Assembly: GCA_965203295.1 (NCBI GenBank)
Contig: CBDBCZ010000019.1
Coordinates: 2,528,001-2,592,000, forward strand
Reading direction: 5' to 3'
From: Nitrospirales bacterium
GTDB taxonomy: Bacteria > Nitrospirota > Nitrospiria > Nitrospirales > UBA8639
DNA length: 64,000 bases
Shown here: piece by piece, positions 12,029-22,895 of the stretch
Layout of the letters: every line of letters starts with the position of its first letter
Position numbering within the stretch: position 1 is the stretch's first letter
Made by a program: the position numbers and the translations under genes
The notes under the pieces: generated by a model
The model's input: only the letters and a program-made list of their open reading frames with translations
The model's database searches: none
Told to the model about the DNA's origin: nothing

Positions 12029-12604
12029 TTCCTTTTGTATTTGGGGCGTAAATAAGTCCTCGTTGGGATCCTCTTGCATATCCACGACCAGCTCTCCCTT
12101 GGGGGAGAAAAACCCCTGACCGTCAATCTGGACAATTCCGTTGCAGTGGTCCTGAAAGAACTCGAGAACCCACCCATTGAAATCATACCCATCATCCGTA
12201 ATATCGTTTTTCACGATTCGTGTGGTCGCAATGAAACGAGCGCGCACGACAAATTCACGGGCGAGTTGCGCTTCCTCGTCACCAAAGGCAGCAAGTTGCC
12301 CCACGAAACCAGCCTGTTCTTTTTCAAACACATCCTTATATGTGCCCCGATCTCGCACACAAAATAACTGAATAGGCTTCTGGTCCCGGTTGTAGCCCAT
12401 GGTGATTTGAACCCAAGCCCAATCATCCAGAGCCTCTGGGTCCATCTTAGGAAGCAGAGCAATCTGGTTTTTTGCCTTGAGAAAATCCATCAGTAAACGA
12501 AGGGGAGGTGATTCTTCTCGTTGACAAAAAACACGACAGTATACAAACTCTTCGCCTGTTTCATCAGATTTGGTAACTGAAAATACTGGTAATTCTTTAC
12601 CCAT
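12023..12604 (-). CDS. Conserved hypothetical protein
   Basis: 193-aa acidic ORF with GAGGA RBS. Confidence 0.75.
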   Translation of the reverse strand: MGKELPVFSVTKSDETGEEFVYCRVFCQREESPPLRLLMDFLKAKNQIALLPKMDPEALDDWAWVQITMGYNRDQKPIQLFCVRDRGTYKDVFEKEQAGFVGQLAAFGDEEAQLAREFVVRARFIATTRIVKNDITDDGYDFNGWVLEFFQDHCNGIVQIDGQGFFSPKGELVVDMQEDPNEDLFTPQIQKES

Positions 12605-12773
12605 GATGTCCTCTTCCTGTTTCAGGTTCCGTGAGTGTTAGGAGACCAAAAGTTCTAAAAAACACTTTACCTTGGCGCCATCCTTGCCTTCAAGGTGTCC
12701 TCTGACGTCATAAAGAATTCCCTGATTACTATTTCAAGAACTCTTTTTAAGGCGTTGTTATGCTGTTTTGTGG

Positions 12774-12802
12774 TTGACACTCTATAATCCTTCGGGTAGA
12801 CT
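12774..12802 (+). promoter_or_regulatory. Sigma70-type promoter upstream of the HU gene
   Basis: TTGACA-17 bp-TAGACT. Confidence 0.6.
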
Positions 12803-12937
12803 CAGAACCCGTCCATTCGCAAGTTTTTGTTGAACCCCAGAATAGCTCAGAAGTTGTAAGCCATGGAGCGGGCATGTTCGTTTCGTCATTTCCATTAACT
12901 TATCAAGCACTCACTTTTTAATCATGAGGAGGTCTGT

Positions 12938-13225
12938 ATGGGGAAAGCGATGACAAAGTCTCAGATCGCTGATCACCTTGCTGGTAAGGCAGGCGTTACC
13001 AAAAAAACTGCTACTCAGGTGATGGAGGATCTTGCAGCACTTGCCTATAAGGAAGCCAAGAATTCTTTTACGATTCCAGGGGTTGGGAAATTGGTCCTGT
13101 CCCATCGAAAAGCACGAGTGGGGCGCAATCCTCAAACAGGTGCTCCAATCAAGATTCCAGCAAAAAAGGTGTTGAAGTTTCGAGTCGCCAAGGCTGCAAA
13201 GGATTCCATTTTAGGCAAAAAATAA
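12938..13225 (+). CDS. hup: HU family DNA-binding protein
   Basis: MTKSQI...RKARVGRNPQTGAPIKIPAKKVLKFR; GAGGAGG RBS. Confidence 0.95.
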   Translation: MGKAMTKSQIADHLAGKAGVTKKTATQVMEDLAALAYKEAKNSFTIPGVGKLVLSHRKARVGRNPQTGAPIKIPAKKVLKFRVAKAAKDSILGKK

Positions 13226-13306
13226 GAAATCCTTTCCCCGTCGGCCAATTGCAACAACTTCTCTAACCCTTTCAGCGCTCTGTTTTTCTTTCCTTCATCC
13301 ATTTTT

Positions 13307-13346
13307 AAAAAGGGGCCAGCAAGAAGTTTCCTGCTGCCCCCTTTTT
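13307..13346. terminator. Likely bidirectional intrinsic terminator
   Basis: A-run, GGGGC-CAGCA...TGCTG-CCCC imperfect stem, T-run; lies between convergent genes. Confidence 0.6.
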
Positions 13347-13412
13347 ATATCAACCAACCCAGGTTTTTATGTCTGATAAAATGGATAAGCCTTCAAGCCG
13401 CTCGAATTCTTC

Positions 13413-13688
13413 CTAAAATAACGAAGAACTGAGGCCTTTCGTACTCATGCCGTCATGGGCTACCAGGCTGACCACATCTCCATCATGGACCTGAGTATCT
13501 TCGCTGGCAATTCGCTTATTCACGGTGACTATCAATTTATTTTCCCGTAAAAGGCGAAACACTGTTCTCAGTTTACGACCCTGAAGTTGAATTAACTGCT
13601 TCACGCGTATCGAGTCTGGAATCTCGCAAGCCAATGTTCGCTCACCATCAGCGGTCTCAAGTTCTCCCATTAATGATATCGTCACCAT
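13413..13688 (-). CDS. MoaD/ThiS-like (beta-grasp) protein
   Basis: IVTVNKRIASEDTQVHDGDVVSLV pattern; no terminal GG. Confidence 0.7.
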   Translation of the reverse strand: MVTISLMGELETADGERTLACEIPDSIRVKQLIQLQGRKLRTVFRLLRENKLIVTVNKRIASEDTQVHDGDVVSLVAHDGMSTKGLSSSLF

Positions 13689-13788
13689 ACGTCACCTTTT
13701 CTCCTGGGACCATATTCAAACATTCTTAAATTGAGCGCTACGTGCTTCCTCGTAATCAAGACCCGGTGAACGGGCCGTTGATCATGGG

Positions 13789-14552
13789 CTATGGCACGAA
13801 GGAGACCACCCGCGCTGGGCCACCAGTCTCTCCTTTAATTTTTATTAGGGAGGGCAGCCACGAGACTTCCTCGAGGGGGCAATTTTTCCATATTGGCAAC
13901 GTTCTCAAGAGCATAGTGATTGGCTTCGCTCAAGATCCGATGAACTGGAAAGGTCGTCGACTTTCCTGGATCAATGCTGGCGGTATCAATGCCAACAACA
14001 CGAATGTGACGTTCGTAGACCAAAAATCCAATGGCCTTGGCGGAAAACCCAGGAAAGTGGAGCGTCGTAGGATCATTGGGAGTCGTGCTACCAAGATACT
14101 GCTGTTTATTCGGCCAATGCTTTCCCCATCCAGTCCACAGAAGAATAATGGATGCGGATTCAATTTCCCCATGTTGAGACTCCCATTCAACGATGTCAGC
14201 CACGGACAATTCATAATCGGGGTTAGTCTGACACGATTGGCGGATATCGATGACGATGGCTGGACCAATGAGCTGTCGAGCGGGAATTTCGTCAACGCTT
14301 AACCCAGAAGCTGCGAAATGAATGGGTGCATCCATATGGGTGCCTCCGTGCTCGGAGGCTGAGAAGTTTTCCTGACGCGTACCAATAACCTTTGGAGGTC
14401 ATCCCACGAGCCGTCTCAGTTCTTGTAAAGTTCAGATTATGGGGCCAATAGATTGTATCCTGGTCAAAAGGATGGGTGAGGTCAATGATCGATCGAGACT
14501 CAAGAGGTTCATGAGAACAGGATGATACAAGCAGCCTCAACAACATTGCCAT
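13789..14552 (-). pseudogene. Cyclase family (kynurenine formamidase-like) protein, two +1 frameshifts
   Basis: IIDLTHPF / (NFSAS)EHGGTHMDAPIHF / GIDTASID / ALENVAN / (I)KIKGETGGPARV in three segments; extra A near 14368 and near 13846. Confidence 0.85.
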
Positions 14553-14824
14553 CCATATCAGAGAACAACAACGCACAACGCTCCTTCGGTATGAGTCTCG
14601 AGCTTCACGAACCTGTAAATCCTAGCAAGTTTAAAAAGAATGGGGCAATGTTCAGGCATGACGATCGAGTTGAAAGGGAGCGACACGAAGAAAGACCCCT
14701 TACTTGACATGCTTTGTGTGAAAACACCATACCCAGGTGGCCCTCTTCTCACGAAATGGGTATACTGATTAGGCCCATGGCCTTTTGAATGAACAAGAAA
14801 GTCTGCCTAAAGTAAGCTCTCAGT

Positions 14825-15076
14825 ATGTATAAATTTATCATCATCCTCGTTCTACTGATCATCCTCTTCTTCATGATTCGCAAAGCCATCAGGGAATTTA
14901 TGGGAAAAGATACGAGGGATCTTGCCGCTCCGGGGAAAGAGGTGATGGTGCAAGATCCCGTTTGTAAACTCTATGTTACGACTGAATCAGCGATAATTGA
15001 GAAGATGGGAGGACAGACCTATTATTTTTGCAGCAATGAATGTGCTCACAGTTTCAAAAAACACCTCGCTGGTTAA
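14825..15076 (+). CDS. YHS-domain protein with N-terminal membrane anchor
   Basis: MVQDPVCKLYV...GQTYYFCSNEC. Confidence 0.85.
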   Translation: MYKFIIILVLLIILFFMIRKAIREFMGKDTRDLAAPGKEVMVQDPVCKLYVTTESAIIEKMGGQTYYFCSNECAHSFKKHLAG

Positions 15077-15160
15077 CCTTTGAGGTGAAAGCAACTCTGC
15101 TTCCCTTCAACAAGAAAGTACGACGTTCAAACTGAAAAGTGGGTTGGAAGAAGAAAGTGA

Positions 15161-16183
15161 CTAAGCCCTACCGTTACTGAGTGCTCCTCCACAGGATGAC
15201 CCCAATCCCGCCGTACACCCGAAACAATGGGTTCCTGTCACAATAGGACGATGTGCCAAAGGCTCCACATCAAATGATGAAAGCGTGTTTCCTAATTTGG
15301 GATTAATGGGGAGATTCAACATCTGATTGAAATCACAATCATATAACTTTCCATCCCAACTCACGCTGATCAGCGAACGGCACATGAGTCCGTCAATAGC
15401 GTCAGGATTGAAACTGTTGATGAGGAGATCAAGATAACAATCATGCTGACCCGTGGCCTGCAGATCCTTCAAAAATCGGCTAATGGGCATGTTGGTGATC
15501 GTATAGAGCCGATTGAATGAAAGGCCAAATCGGTGAGCTAGCTCTTCTTTGTACTCGCGTTCTAAGTCCTGTTGAGGCGGGGGAAGATTTGGTCCAAGTG
15601 GATTGTAGACCAAGTTTAACGTTAACCCTGACCCCTCTCTCCCATATCCCAAATCATTGAGTAGACGCAGAGCCGTTATACTGCGATCAAACACTCCTTT
15701 TCCCCTCTGTTGATCGACGTTTTCTCCTAGGTAACAGGGGAGTGATGCAATAATTTCAACGTGATGCTCTGCTAAGAATCTGGGGAGATGTTCCTTCCCT
15801 TTGACAAAGAAAACCGTCAGGTTGCATCGATCAATGACGTGGCGGCAAACATTGCGGCATTCAGTGACCAAGTACTCGAAATGTGGATTCATTTCTGGAG
15901 CCCCGCCTGTGATGTCCACGGTAGAGATTTGAGGATTGTTTCGAATGATGCCCAATAGGAGGTCGATGGTTTCTCGAGTCATCACCTCGGTTCGTTGAGG
16001 GCCGGCATCAACGTGACAATGTTGGCAGGTTTGATTGCACAGCTTCCCCACATTCACTTGAAGAGTCGAGACGCTTTCAGCAAGCAAACGGGTGACCCCA
16101 TGCGTTTTTAACGCATGGGCAAAGGAATGCTGGGATATTTCTTTTTCCATGAAGTTGTCTTGGAGAACAGGCAAAGAACTCAT
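15161..16183 (-). CDS. arsS: Arsenosugar biosynthesis radical SAM protein (ArsS/DUF3641 type)
   Basis: LQVNVGKLCNQTCQHCHVDAGP, DITGGAPE, YDCDFNQML, HCFGCTAG.GSSCGG. Confidence 0.9.
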   Translation of the reverse strand: MSSLPVLQDNFMEKEISQHSFAHALKTHGVTRLLAESVSTLQVNVGKLCNQTCQHCHVDAGPQRTEVMTRETIDLLLGIIRNNPQISTVDITGGAPEMNPHFEYLVTECRNVCRHVIDRCNLTVFFVKGKEHLPRFLAEHHVEIIASLPCYLGENVDQQRGKGVFDRSITALRLLNDLGYGREGSGLTLNLVYNPLGPNLPPPQQDLEREYKEELAHRFGLSFNRLYTITNMPISRFLKDLQATGQHDCYLDLLINSFNPDAIDGLMCRSLISVSWDGKLYDCDFNQMLNLPINPKLGNTLSSFDVEPLAHRPIVTGTHCFGCTAGLGSSCGGALSNGRA

Positions 16184-16236
16184 ACTGAACGCTATCTGAG
16201 AATGCGGTCTTGTCAAGATTTCGGATAAGCCATCAA

Positions 16237-17422
16237 TTAGCAACAGCTCCCTGAAGGTTCACAGGAAACCGCTTGGTGATCCACAACTTCGCTGGCCCGA
16301 TTCAGCACGCCGAAAAAAGAGCGGTACCCATCAGTTTGAAGAACCTTTAGCGTTTTGGAACAAACCTCCTGAGGAATACCCAATTGAAACCTGTGATGAT
16401 CATCATCCTCGATCTCAAGAAAAGGGCCTGTCAAAAGGGCGAAATGACCTTCCCACATGCAGGGGTCTTTTTCTGGTATGACAGCTCTCCAACGTTCATC
16501 CGAACTTGTGAACCCGATGGATGTATCGGAGAGCACAAACAAATCGTCATACAAAGAGGTGCGAAGCAATGTCTCAGATCGATTGTCGATAGGCTCAGGG
16601 ATTCCACGAACATAGATCGTCCCGAGTTCATCCTTAACTCGACTAAATGGCCCCATCAAGGTCGCGAATCTTGGGCTTAACGAAGTGGAGTGGCTCTCAA
16701 GCTTGTACCCTGTTACCGTCACAGACACAAAGTGAATCCCGTCGATGACCCTCCAGGGTGACATTGACTTGGTGAATCCCAAGAAATCCCGCCTGGTGAA
16801 GGCCGCTCCAATACTCATTCAAAGGCAACGCGCCCGATAGACAATCTCCCCATTTTTCTGTGTTGTGTACAAGATAGTTCGGAACAGGTTGATCAGCAAC
16901 AATATCGGAGACTGTAAAGCGCCCCCCATTCCGGAGAACCCGGAACATTTCTCCAAATACTTTAGATTTATCGGGGGCAAGATTGATCACGCAATTGGAG
17001 ATGATCAAATCGACCGTATTATCATCGACTGGCATGGCTTCGGCTTGGCCTTTACGGAAATCCACATTGGACTGACCATAACCAAGGTTTCGAGCCACGG
17101 TGGGGGCCTCGGTTCGTGCCAACGCCAACATTTCATCCGTCATATCAATACCAATCACTTTTCCTTCGGATCCCACTCGACGGGCAGCCTCAAAACAGTC
17201 AATGCCTCCCCCCGAACCAATATCCAAGATTGTTTCACCGGGCTGAACCGTCGACAGGCCAACTGGAGTCCCACAGCCATAGGACACCTTGAGGACTGAC
17301 TCAGGAATAAAAGTCCGCAAATCATCATGGTTGTACCCTGTTGGGCAACACATTTCCTCGCCTGTGGTCACAGCCCTGGCATAACGTTCGTTCATGGCTT
17401 TCGTAATCGATGCATTCTCCAT
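16237..17422 (-). pseudogene. arsM: Arsenite methyltransferase (ArsM-like), one frameshift
   Basis: SYGCGTP, LDIGSGGGIDC, ISNCVINL, WGDCLSGA, C-terminal CC; frame change near 16765. Confidence 0.8.
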
Positions 17423-17660
17423 TAACACCTCACCAAATTAGGGTCGCACGGGTCACGATGGTATCAATCAAGTGTGAGAGAAGGGTCAACAAGATAACCG
17501 TCTGGAAGTTCATAATCTCAGATGCCCAGAATGAGTCAACCGCTGGGAAATTCTTCATAAGCGGACTAGGCGAATAGTCTTCATAAACAAGAAATTATTA
17601 CAGATGTAAGCAGGTTTTCGCCATTAGGTAAGACTTTCTATGAGCGTGAAACCCATCAAT

Positions 17661-18416
17661 CTAAGGAAAAGTCAGTTGGCTACCCGCGACTTGATCCACA
17701 AACCAACTCACATCGCCCAGATCAGGCTTAATAACTTGTGAGGGTAACATGTCGGGTTGATGAGGGCCCTCTAGCACAGATCGAAGCGTATCAGCTTTTT
17801 CAGCGCCACTCACGAAAAACACCACATGAGCTGCGTGATTGAGGACTCGAGGCGTGAGAGTAATCCGAAAGCTTTGAAACTTCTCCACCCAAGGAGCGGC
17901 AACAAGTTTGGTGTTTTCATGAACAGCTGCAGTCCCGGGGAAAAGGGACGCTGTATGACCATCTGACCTCATCCCCAAGAAAATCAGGTCAAAGCATGGA
18001 GGTTCTGAGGGGGAAGATTGAAATTCATGGTGTAACAGGGATTCATACTGATCCGCTGCTAGTGGGGCATCTGGGAGCTCGCTAGGAATACGAAAAATGT
18101 TGGAGGCAGGAATAGGCACTTTTGAAAGAAGTACCTCATGGGCCATCCGAAAGTTGCTGTCTGGATGATCGGGCGGAACGTGCCGCTCGTCACCCCAAAA
18201 AATTTTCAGACGACCCCAGATCAATTGGTCTCTAAAAGCAGGTGAGGCAAGGAGTGAATATAGACCTCGCGGGGTCGCCCCCCCCGCCAGCGCTATCGTA
18301 CATAATCCTTTCGAGTCAATAGCCTGGCTTGCGAGCTGGACAGTTTTTTCCGCGGCACTATGCGTCAGTGACTGGATATCTGGGAAAATCCGGATATCAT
18401 GGTTGGATGGAGTCAT
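17661..18416 (-). CDS. pgl: 6-phosphogluconolactonase
   Basis: GGATP, FWGDERHVPPDHPDSN, DGHTASLFP, RITLT. Confidence 0.93.
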   Translation of the reverse strand: MTPSNHDIRIFPDIQSLTHSAAEKTVQLASQAIDSKGLCTIALAGGATPRGLYSLLASPAFRDQLIWGRLKIFWGDERHVPPDHPDSNFRMAHEVLLSKVPIPASNIFRIPSELPDAPLAADQYESLLHHEFQSSPSEPPCFDLIFLGMRSDGHTASLFPGTAAVHENTKLVAAPWVEKFQSFRITLTPRVLNHAAHVVFFVSGAEKADTLRSVLEGPHQPDMLPSQVIKPDLGDVSWFVDQVAGSQLTFP

Positions 18417-18515
18417 ATCCGGCTTCCCAAGGGGTGTTGAATAATTCAAAACTTTCTCGATCATAAGCCACCTCCCATACAAACCCTAAAGCGGCAGAAG
18501 GAGCAGGGGCTCGCT

Positions 18516-18827
18516 CTAACAACCAGAGTAGCTGTAATCTTCGAGTTTCTGTTCTTTATCAAAATCGAGGGTAATTTGGCATTTATTTGGGGAAAAGTTC
18601 CAAAATGGAGGCCCTGACTCCCCTCCTGCAATGCGGAAATACGTCCACGTTTCTCCACCAAAAAATCTCTTAGACTTCCCGCTGGGTTTGCCCCATTGCT
18701 CTTCAAACCATGCTTGGGACTTCCCTTCAAATTCGGCTGGGTTCAGTGAGGCATCAAGGTAAGGGTTGCCCCCACATCCAAACAATCCCAGTCCCACCAA
18801 CAAAGCAAAAAGAATTCCTCGTTTCAT
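18516..18827 (-). CDS. Small lipoprotein
   Basis: Lipobox LFGC after a basic + hydrophobic leader. Confidence 0.75.
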   Translation of the reverse strand: MKRGILFALLVGLGLFGCGGNPYLDASLNPAEFEGKSQAWFEEQWGKPSGKSKRFFGGETWTYFRIAGGESGPPFWNFSPNKCQITLDFDKEQKLEDYSYSGC

Positions 18828-19122
18828 TAGGTAGCCTGCCTTTCTTTCGTCCATTCCCGCCCATAAAAACTCCACATAAATTGGGCTGCCTGAGGCTTTG
18901 AAGAACATTTGAGGGGATCTTATGGAAATACCCACAGGAAGCCGAAAACTTATGAAAATTCTAACTGGGACTCTTTATTTCAGTCAAACCTGAGAGAATT
19001 CCTCTTTCCCCAATGTAAAGAAGAGGGTTGAATTTGTGGTGGGATTAGAGTTCAAATAGAAAGAGCAACAGATCATGATCCACCACATAGATTAATCATA
19101 AATACACGCTGAGAGGAGCATC

Positions 19123-19770
19123 ATGAAAATTTTTCTTGATACTGGAAATATCAAAGAGATCAGGGAGGCTGCAAGCTTGGGGGTCTTGGATGGCGTGACG
19201 ACAAATCCGTCTTTGGTATCCAAAGAAGGAAGGGATTTCAAAGATCTCCTTGTAGAAATTTGCGATGTGGTTGATGGACCGATAAGCGCCGAGGTAGTGA
19301 GTATTGAGGCTGAAGCGATGGTGAAGGAAGGGCGAGAATTGGCCAAGATTAATCATAATATCGTGGTCAAATGTCCCCTGATTCCTGAAGGATTAAAAGC
19401 CACCAAACGATTGGCCAGTGAAGGCATTCGGGTGAACGTGACACTCTGTTTTTCACCGACTCAAGCCCTTCTAGCTGCAAAGGCGGGAGCGTGGTGTGTC
19501 TCACCGTTTATCGGGCGATTGGACGATATTAGTAGCGATGGCATGGAATTGATCGACCAGATCGTGACAATCTATGAAAATTATGACTTCCCAACTCAGG
19601 TCCTTGTGGCAAGCGTACGGAGCCCTCAACATGTCGTCGAGGCAGCACTCATTGGTAGTCATATCTGCACGATGCCGTTTGAGGTCTTCCAACAATTAAC
19701 GAAACATCCTCTTACGGATAATGGCCTCAAAAAGTTTTTATCAGACTGGGAAACCCAGAACCCTAGGTAA
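19123..19770 (+). CDS. fsa: Transaldolase / fructose-6-phosphate aldolase family
   Basis: [31 protein letters not shown]. Confidence 0.93.
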   Translation: MKIFLDTGNIKEIREAASLGVLDGVTTNPSLVSKEGRDFKDLLVEICDVVDGPISAEVVSIEAEAMVKEGRELAKINHNIVVKCPLIPEGLKATKRLASEGIRVNVTLCFSPTQALLAAKAGAWCVSPFIGRLDDISSDGMELIDQIVTIYENYDFPTQVLVASVRSPQHVVEAALIGSHICTMPFEVFQQLTKHPLTDNGLKKFLSDWETQNPR

Positions 19771-19807
19771 GAGGCTAAATTATGGGGAACCGTATTCTGT
19801 TGCCCTA

Positions 19808-20509
19808 TTAACGAAGAAGATATTTTCTCGCTAACTCAAACACACGGTGAAACATCGTGCGAGTCAGTTTGCCAGTAAACGTGTTTTGTTGGCTTGGGTG
19901 ATACGACCCGATTAATGTCATTCCCCAGGGAAGATGTACAACCTTCCCATGCGAAAATTTTGGCATAGGCGAGAGTGAGAGATGCCCAATCTCTCGGGAG
20001 GCTTTCAAGTATTCATCAAACGCAATTTTCCCCAGCGCGACCACAACTCTCAATTTTTTCAATAGTCGTAATTCCTCTAGAAAATACCGACGACAGACCT
20101 TGAATTCTTCTGTAGTCGGTTTATTTTCCGGTGGAGCACAGCGCACTGCCGCCGAAATGTAGCAATCTTGAAGATGAAGCCCATCATCACGATGAACCGA
20201 TTCCTTTTGATTGGCAAATCCGTAGGAATGTAACGCTTCATATAACCAATCCCCACTACGATCTCCGGTAAACACCCGGCCCGTACGATTCCCTCCATGC
20301 GCCGCAGGCGCCAAACCCAACACGAAAAGCCGTGCTTGGGGATCACCAAATCCAGGCACTGGACGCCCCCAATACTCCCAATTTTGGAACCGTTTCACCT
20401 TGGCTCGGGCAACCTGCTGACGGTACTCCGTTAATCGAGGGCAAAGCGTGCATTGAGAGATCGTTTCCTGTAAAATCTTCAAGGTTGGCATGGTCTTGCA
20501 TGATACCAT
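19808..20509 (-). CDS. Uracil-DNA glycosylase, family 5 (UdgB-like)
   Basis: CxxC, GLAPAAHGGNRTGRVFTGD, RCAPP.NKP, SYHPSQQNT. Confidence 0.92.
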   Translation of the reverse strand: MVSCKTMPTLKILQETISQCTLCPRLTEYRQQVARAKVKRFQNWEYWGRPVPGFGDPQARLFVLGLAPAAHGGNRTGRVFTGDRSGDWLYEALHSYGFANQKESVHRDDGLHLQDCYISAAVRCAPPENKPTTEEFKVCRRYFLEELRLLKKLRVVVALGKIAFDEYLKASREIGHLSLSPMPKFSHGKVVHLPWGMTLIGSYHPSQQNTFTGKLTRTMFHRVFELARKYLLR

Positions 20510-20530
20510 AGCATCTCCTCAGGGAAGAAC

Positions 20531-21871
20531 GTGATGGACATTGCCCTATCCAACAAGAAGGTCACCGCCATTTTCAAGCAACTCATTCAAGTAGGCCTCA
20601 ATGCCGCTGATCCAGGATTGGCTGTTCACCGTAGCTTTCGGCAAAGGGGCCCTATTCTTTCTGTAGGGCAACGAAAATACGATCTCAAAAAATATCGCCA
20701 GGTTGTAGTAGTCGGAGCCGGGAAAGCCTCAGGACGAATGGCGCGGGCTGTTGAGGAGACATTGGGCGATCGAGTGAAAAATGGCTTGGTTGTGGTCAAA
20801 TATGGACATTCGTGTCAAACCAAAGCCATCAGGATACAAGAGGCACGGCATCCTCTCCCGGATCAACGATGCGTACGAGCCGCAAGAGCCATTCTTGAAC
20901 TCATCAAGCCCTTAACACCAGAAGACTTGCTGATTGTTCTTATTTCTGGAGGAGCTTCAAGTCTGCTTTCCCTTCCAGCAACGGGACTTTCCCTTTCCGA
21001 CAAGCAGAAAACGACTGACTTGTTGCTACGAAGTGGGGCTTCTATTCAGGAGATCAATTCTGTGAGAAAACATATCTCCGCCATAAAGGGGGGACGCCTC
21101 GCAGCAGCATCTCATGGGACGATGATTAGCCTCATTTTGTCAGATGTGCTGGGAGATGATCTTAGTGTGATTGGATCTGGACCTACGGCTCCAGACATCA
21201 CAACATTCCACTCTGTCAAAGCCATTTTGCAACGATATGGCCTGTGGAAAGCAATTTCCGAATCGGTCAGAAATCACGTCACCCTGGGGGAAAAGGGGAG
21301 GATTCCAGAAACGCCAAAGCCCGGCTCACTTAGGTTTGCAGCGGTTCAGAACGAGATTATTGGTAATAACATCTTGATCGTTGACAAGGTCTCCCAAAAA
21401 GCAAGAAAACTCGGTTTCCACACAATGGTGCTGACCACCACATTACAAGGAGAGGCTCGAGAAGTCGGCAAGGTCGTAGGGGCTTTGGCACAAGAAGTCC
21501 ACGGCTCCGGGCAACCAATCCCACGTCCAGCCTGTCTTCTCTTTGGAGGAGAACTCACCGTGACCATCAGAGGACAAGGCAAGGGTGGAAGAGCCCAAGA
21601 GTTTGCCTTATCCGCAGCAACGGCTATTGAAAAACTACCCAACGTGTGGATCGCTGGGTTTGGAACAGATGGAACGGATGGTCCGACGGATGCTGCCGGG
21701 GCTGTCGTTGACGGACAGACCATTCAACGAGCCTCAAAAATGGGAATTGATCCGATCAAAACCTTAGCTTCTCACGACAGTTATACCTTTTTCAAAAAAG
21801 TTGGCGGTCACATTATCACGGGACCAACCGGGACGAATGTGAATGACTTGTATATCTTATTGGCCCTTTAA
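20531..21871 (+). CDS. Glycerate 2-kinase (TtuD/MOFRL family)
   Basis: VGAGKAS, LISGGASSL, KGGRLA, GTDGTDGPTDAAGA, TGPTGTNVND. Confidence 0.92.
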   Translation: MMDIALSNKKVTAIFKQLIQVGLNAADPGLAVHRSFRQRGPILSVGQRKYDLKKYRQVVVVGAGKASGRMARAVEETLGDRVKNGLVVVKYGHSCQTKAIRIQEARHPLPDQRCVRAARAILELIKPLTPEDLLIVLISGGASSLLSLPATGLSLSDKQKTTDLLLRSGASIQEINSVRKHISAIKGGRLAAASHGTMISLILSDVLGDDLSVIGSGPTAPDITTFHSVKAILQRYGLWKAISESVRNHVTLGEKGRIPETPKPGSLRFAAVQNEIIGNNILIVDKVSQKARKLGFHTMVLTTTLQGEAREVGKVVGALAQEVHGSGQPIPRPACLLFGGELTVTIRGQGKGGRAQEFALSAATAIEKLPNVWIAGFGTDGTDGPTDAAGAVVDGQTIQRASKMGIDPIKTLASHDSYTFFKKVGGHIITGPTGTNVNDLYILLAL

Positions 21872-21922
21872 CGTCGTCATGGAATCTTCTTCTTTGAAAG
21901 GAGAGGCGAGAGGAGGCAGAAA

Positions 21923-22312
21923 GTGAACGAAGCGCAACAGATGGTCTTAGAATTTCACAAACAATTTGATATTCATGTGGCCACGAAACCAACTATTCCT
22001 GATGAAAAGACGAAAGGACTGCGTGTTCGACTCATTCAGGAGGAATTCGATGAATTGAAAGACGCACTCCATACGAAAGATCTCGCCGGTATAGCAAAAG
22101 AGTTAGCAGACCTCCTCTATGTGGTGTATGGCACAGCCGTGTCGTATGGGATTGATATAGAGCCGGTCTTTAGGGAAGTCCAGCGCTCCAACATGAGTAA
22201 AATCGGAGGGTACAAACGAGAAGACGGGAAGTGGGTGAAACCTCCAACATATTCGCCAGCAGATATAGGCCCAATTTTAGAAGCCCAAAGCACGTTCAGT
22301 GCGGTTCAGTAA
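21923..22312 (+). CDS. MazG-like nucleotide pyrophosphohydrolase
   Basis: LIQEEFDEL, ELADLLYVVYG, SNMSK...REDGK..KP. Confidence 0.85.
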   Translation: MNEAQQMVLEFHKQFDIHVATKPTIPDEKTKGLRVRLIQEEFDELKDALHTKDLAGIAKELADLLYVVYGTAVSYGIDIEPVFREVQRSNMSKIGGYKREDGKWVKPPTYSPADIGPILEAQSTFSAVQ

Positions 22313-22895
22313 ACATGCCAATTGAAGATCGTGGCGAGGGGATGCCCTGTCTTTTAAATGAGGAATATCGTTCCTCCATGTTCAGAAGCAACCCCTTGAT
22401 CGGTAAGCCCCCTCCATATCCGACCAGTTGACCAGTGCTACCAATGACACGGTGGCACGGAACGACGATCGACAAAGGATTCCGTCCGTTTGCCGCTCCC
22501 ACCGCGCGAGAGGCTTGAGGTTTTCCTATGGCCTTCGCAATCTCACCATAGGAAACGGTTTTCCCATAGGGAACCTTCTTGAGCGCTTGCCAGACCTGCT
22601 GTTGGAACGGCGAGCCTTCCGGAGCCAGTTTAAGCAAAAAGGTTTTCAAGTCTCCTGAAAAATAAGCCTTGAATTGCTTGATTGCCTGTCGAAATGGTTT
22701 TTCGTCATAGGCCCACAAAGGATCTGGCGTCTTGGGGTGTTTCCCGTCCTGAAAGGAAATGAATTTCAACCCTTCCTGATCCCCTGCCAGCAATAACTTT
22801 CCCACCGGGCTTTTTATGACACAATAGTTCAAATTTTGCTTTGACGGTTTTCTCTTCCGTGAAGGGAAGGCTTTGGATCGTTTCATGGTTTGCAT
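22296..22895 (-). CDS. ogt: Methylated-DNA--protein-cysteine methyltransferase
   Basis: RAVGAANGRNP..VVPCHRV. Confidence 0.93.
   Translation of the reverse strand: MQTMKRSKAFPSRKRKPSKQNLNYCVIKSPVGKLLLAGDQEGLKFISFQDGKHPKTPDPLWAYDEKPFRQAIKQFKAYFSGDLKTFLLKLAPEGSPFQQQVWQALKKVPYGKTVSYGEIAKAIGKPQASRAVGAANGRNPLSIVVPCHRVIGSTGQLVGYGGGLPIKGLLLNMEERYSSFKRQGIPSPRSSIGMFTEPH

Noticed and set aside
15185..15200. Selenocysteine in ArsS
   Set aside because: The codon is TGT (Cys)
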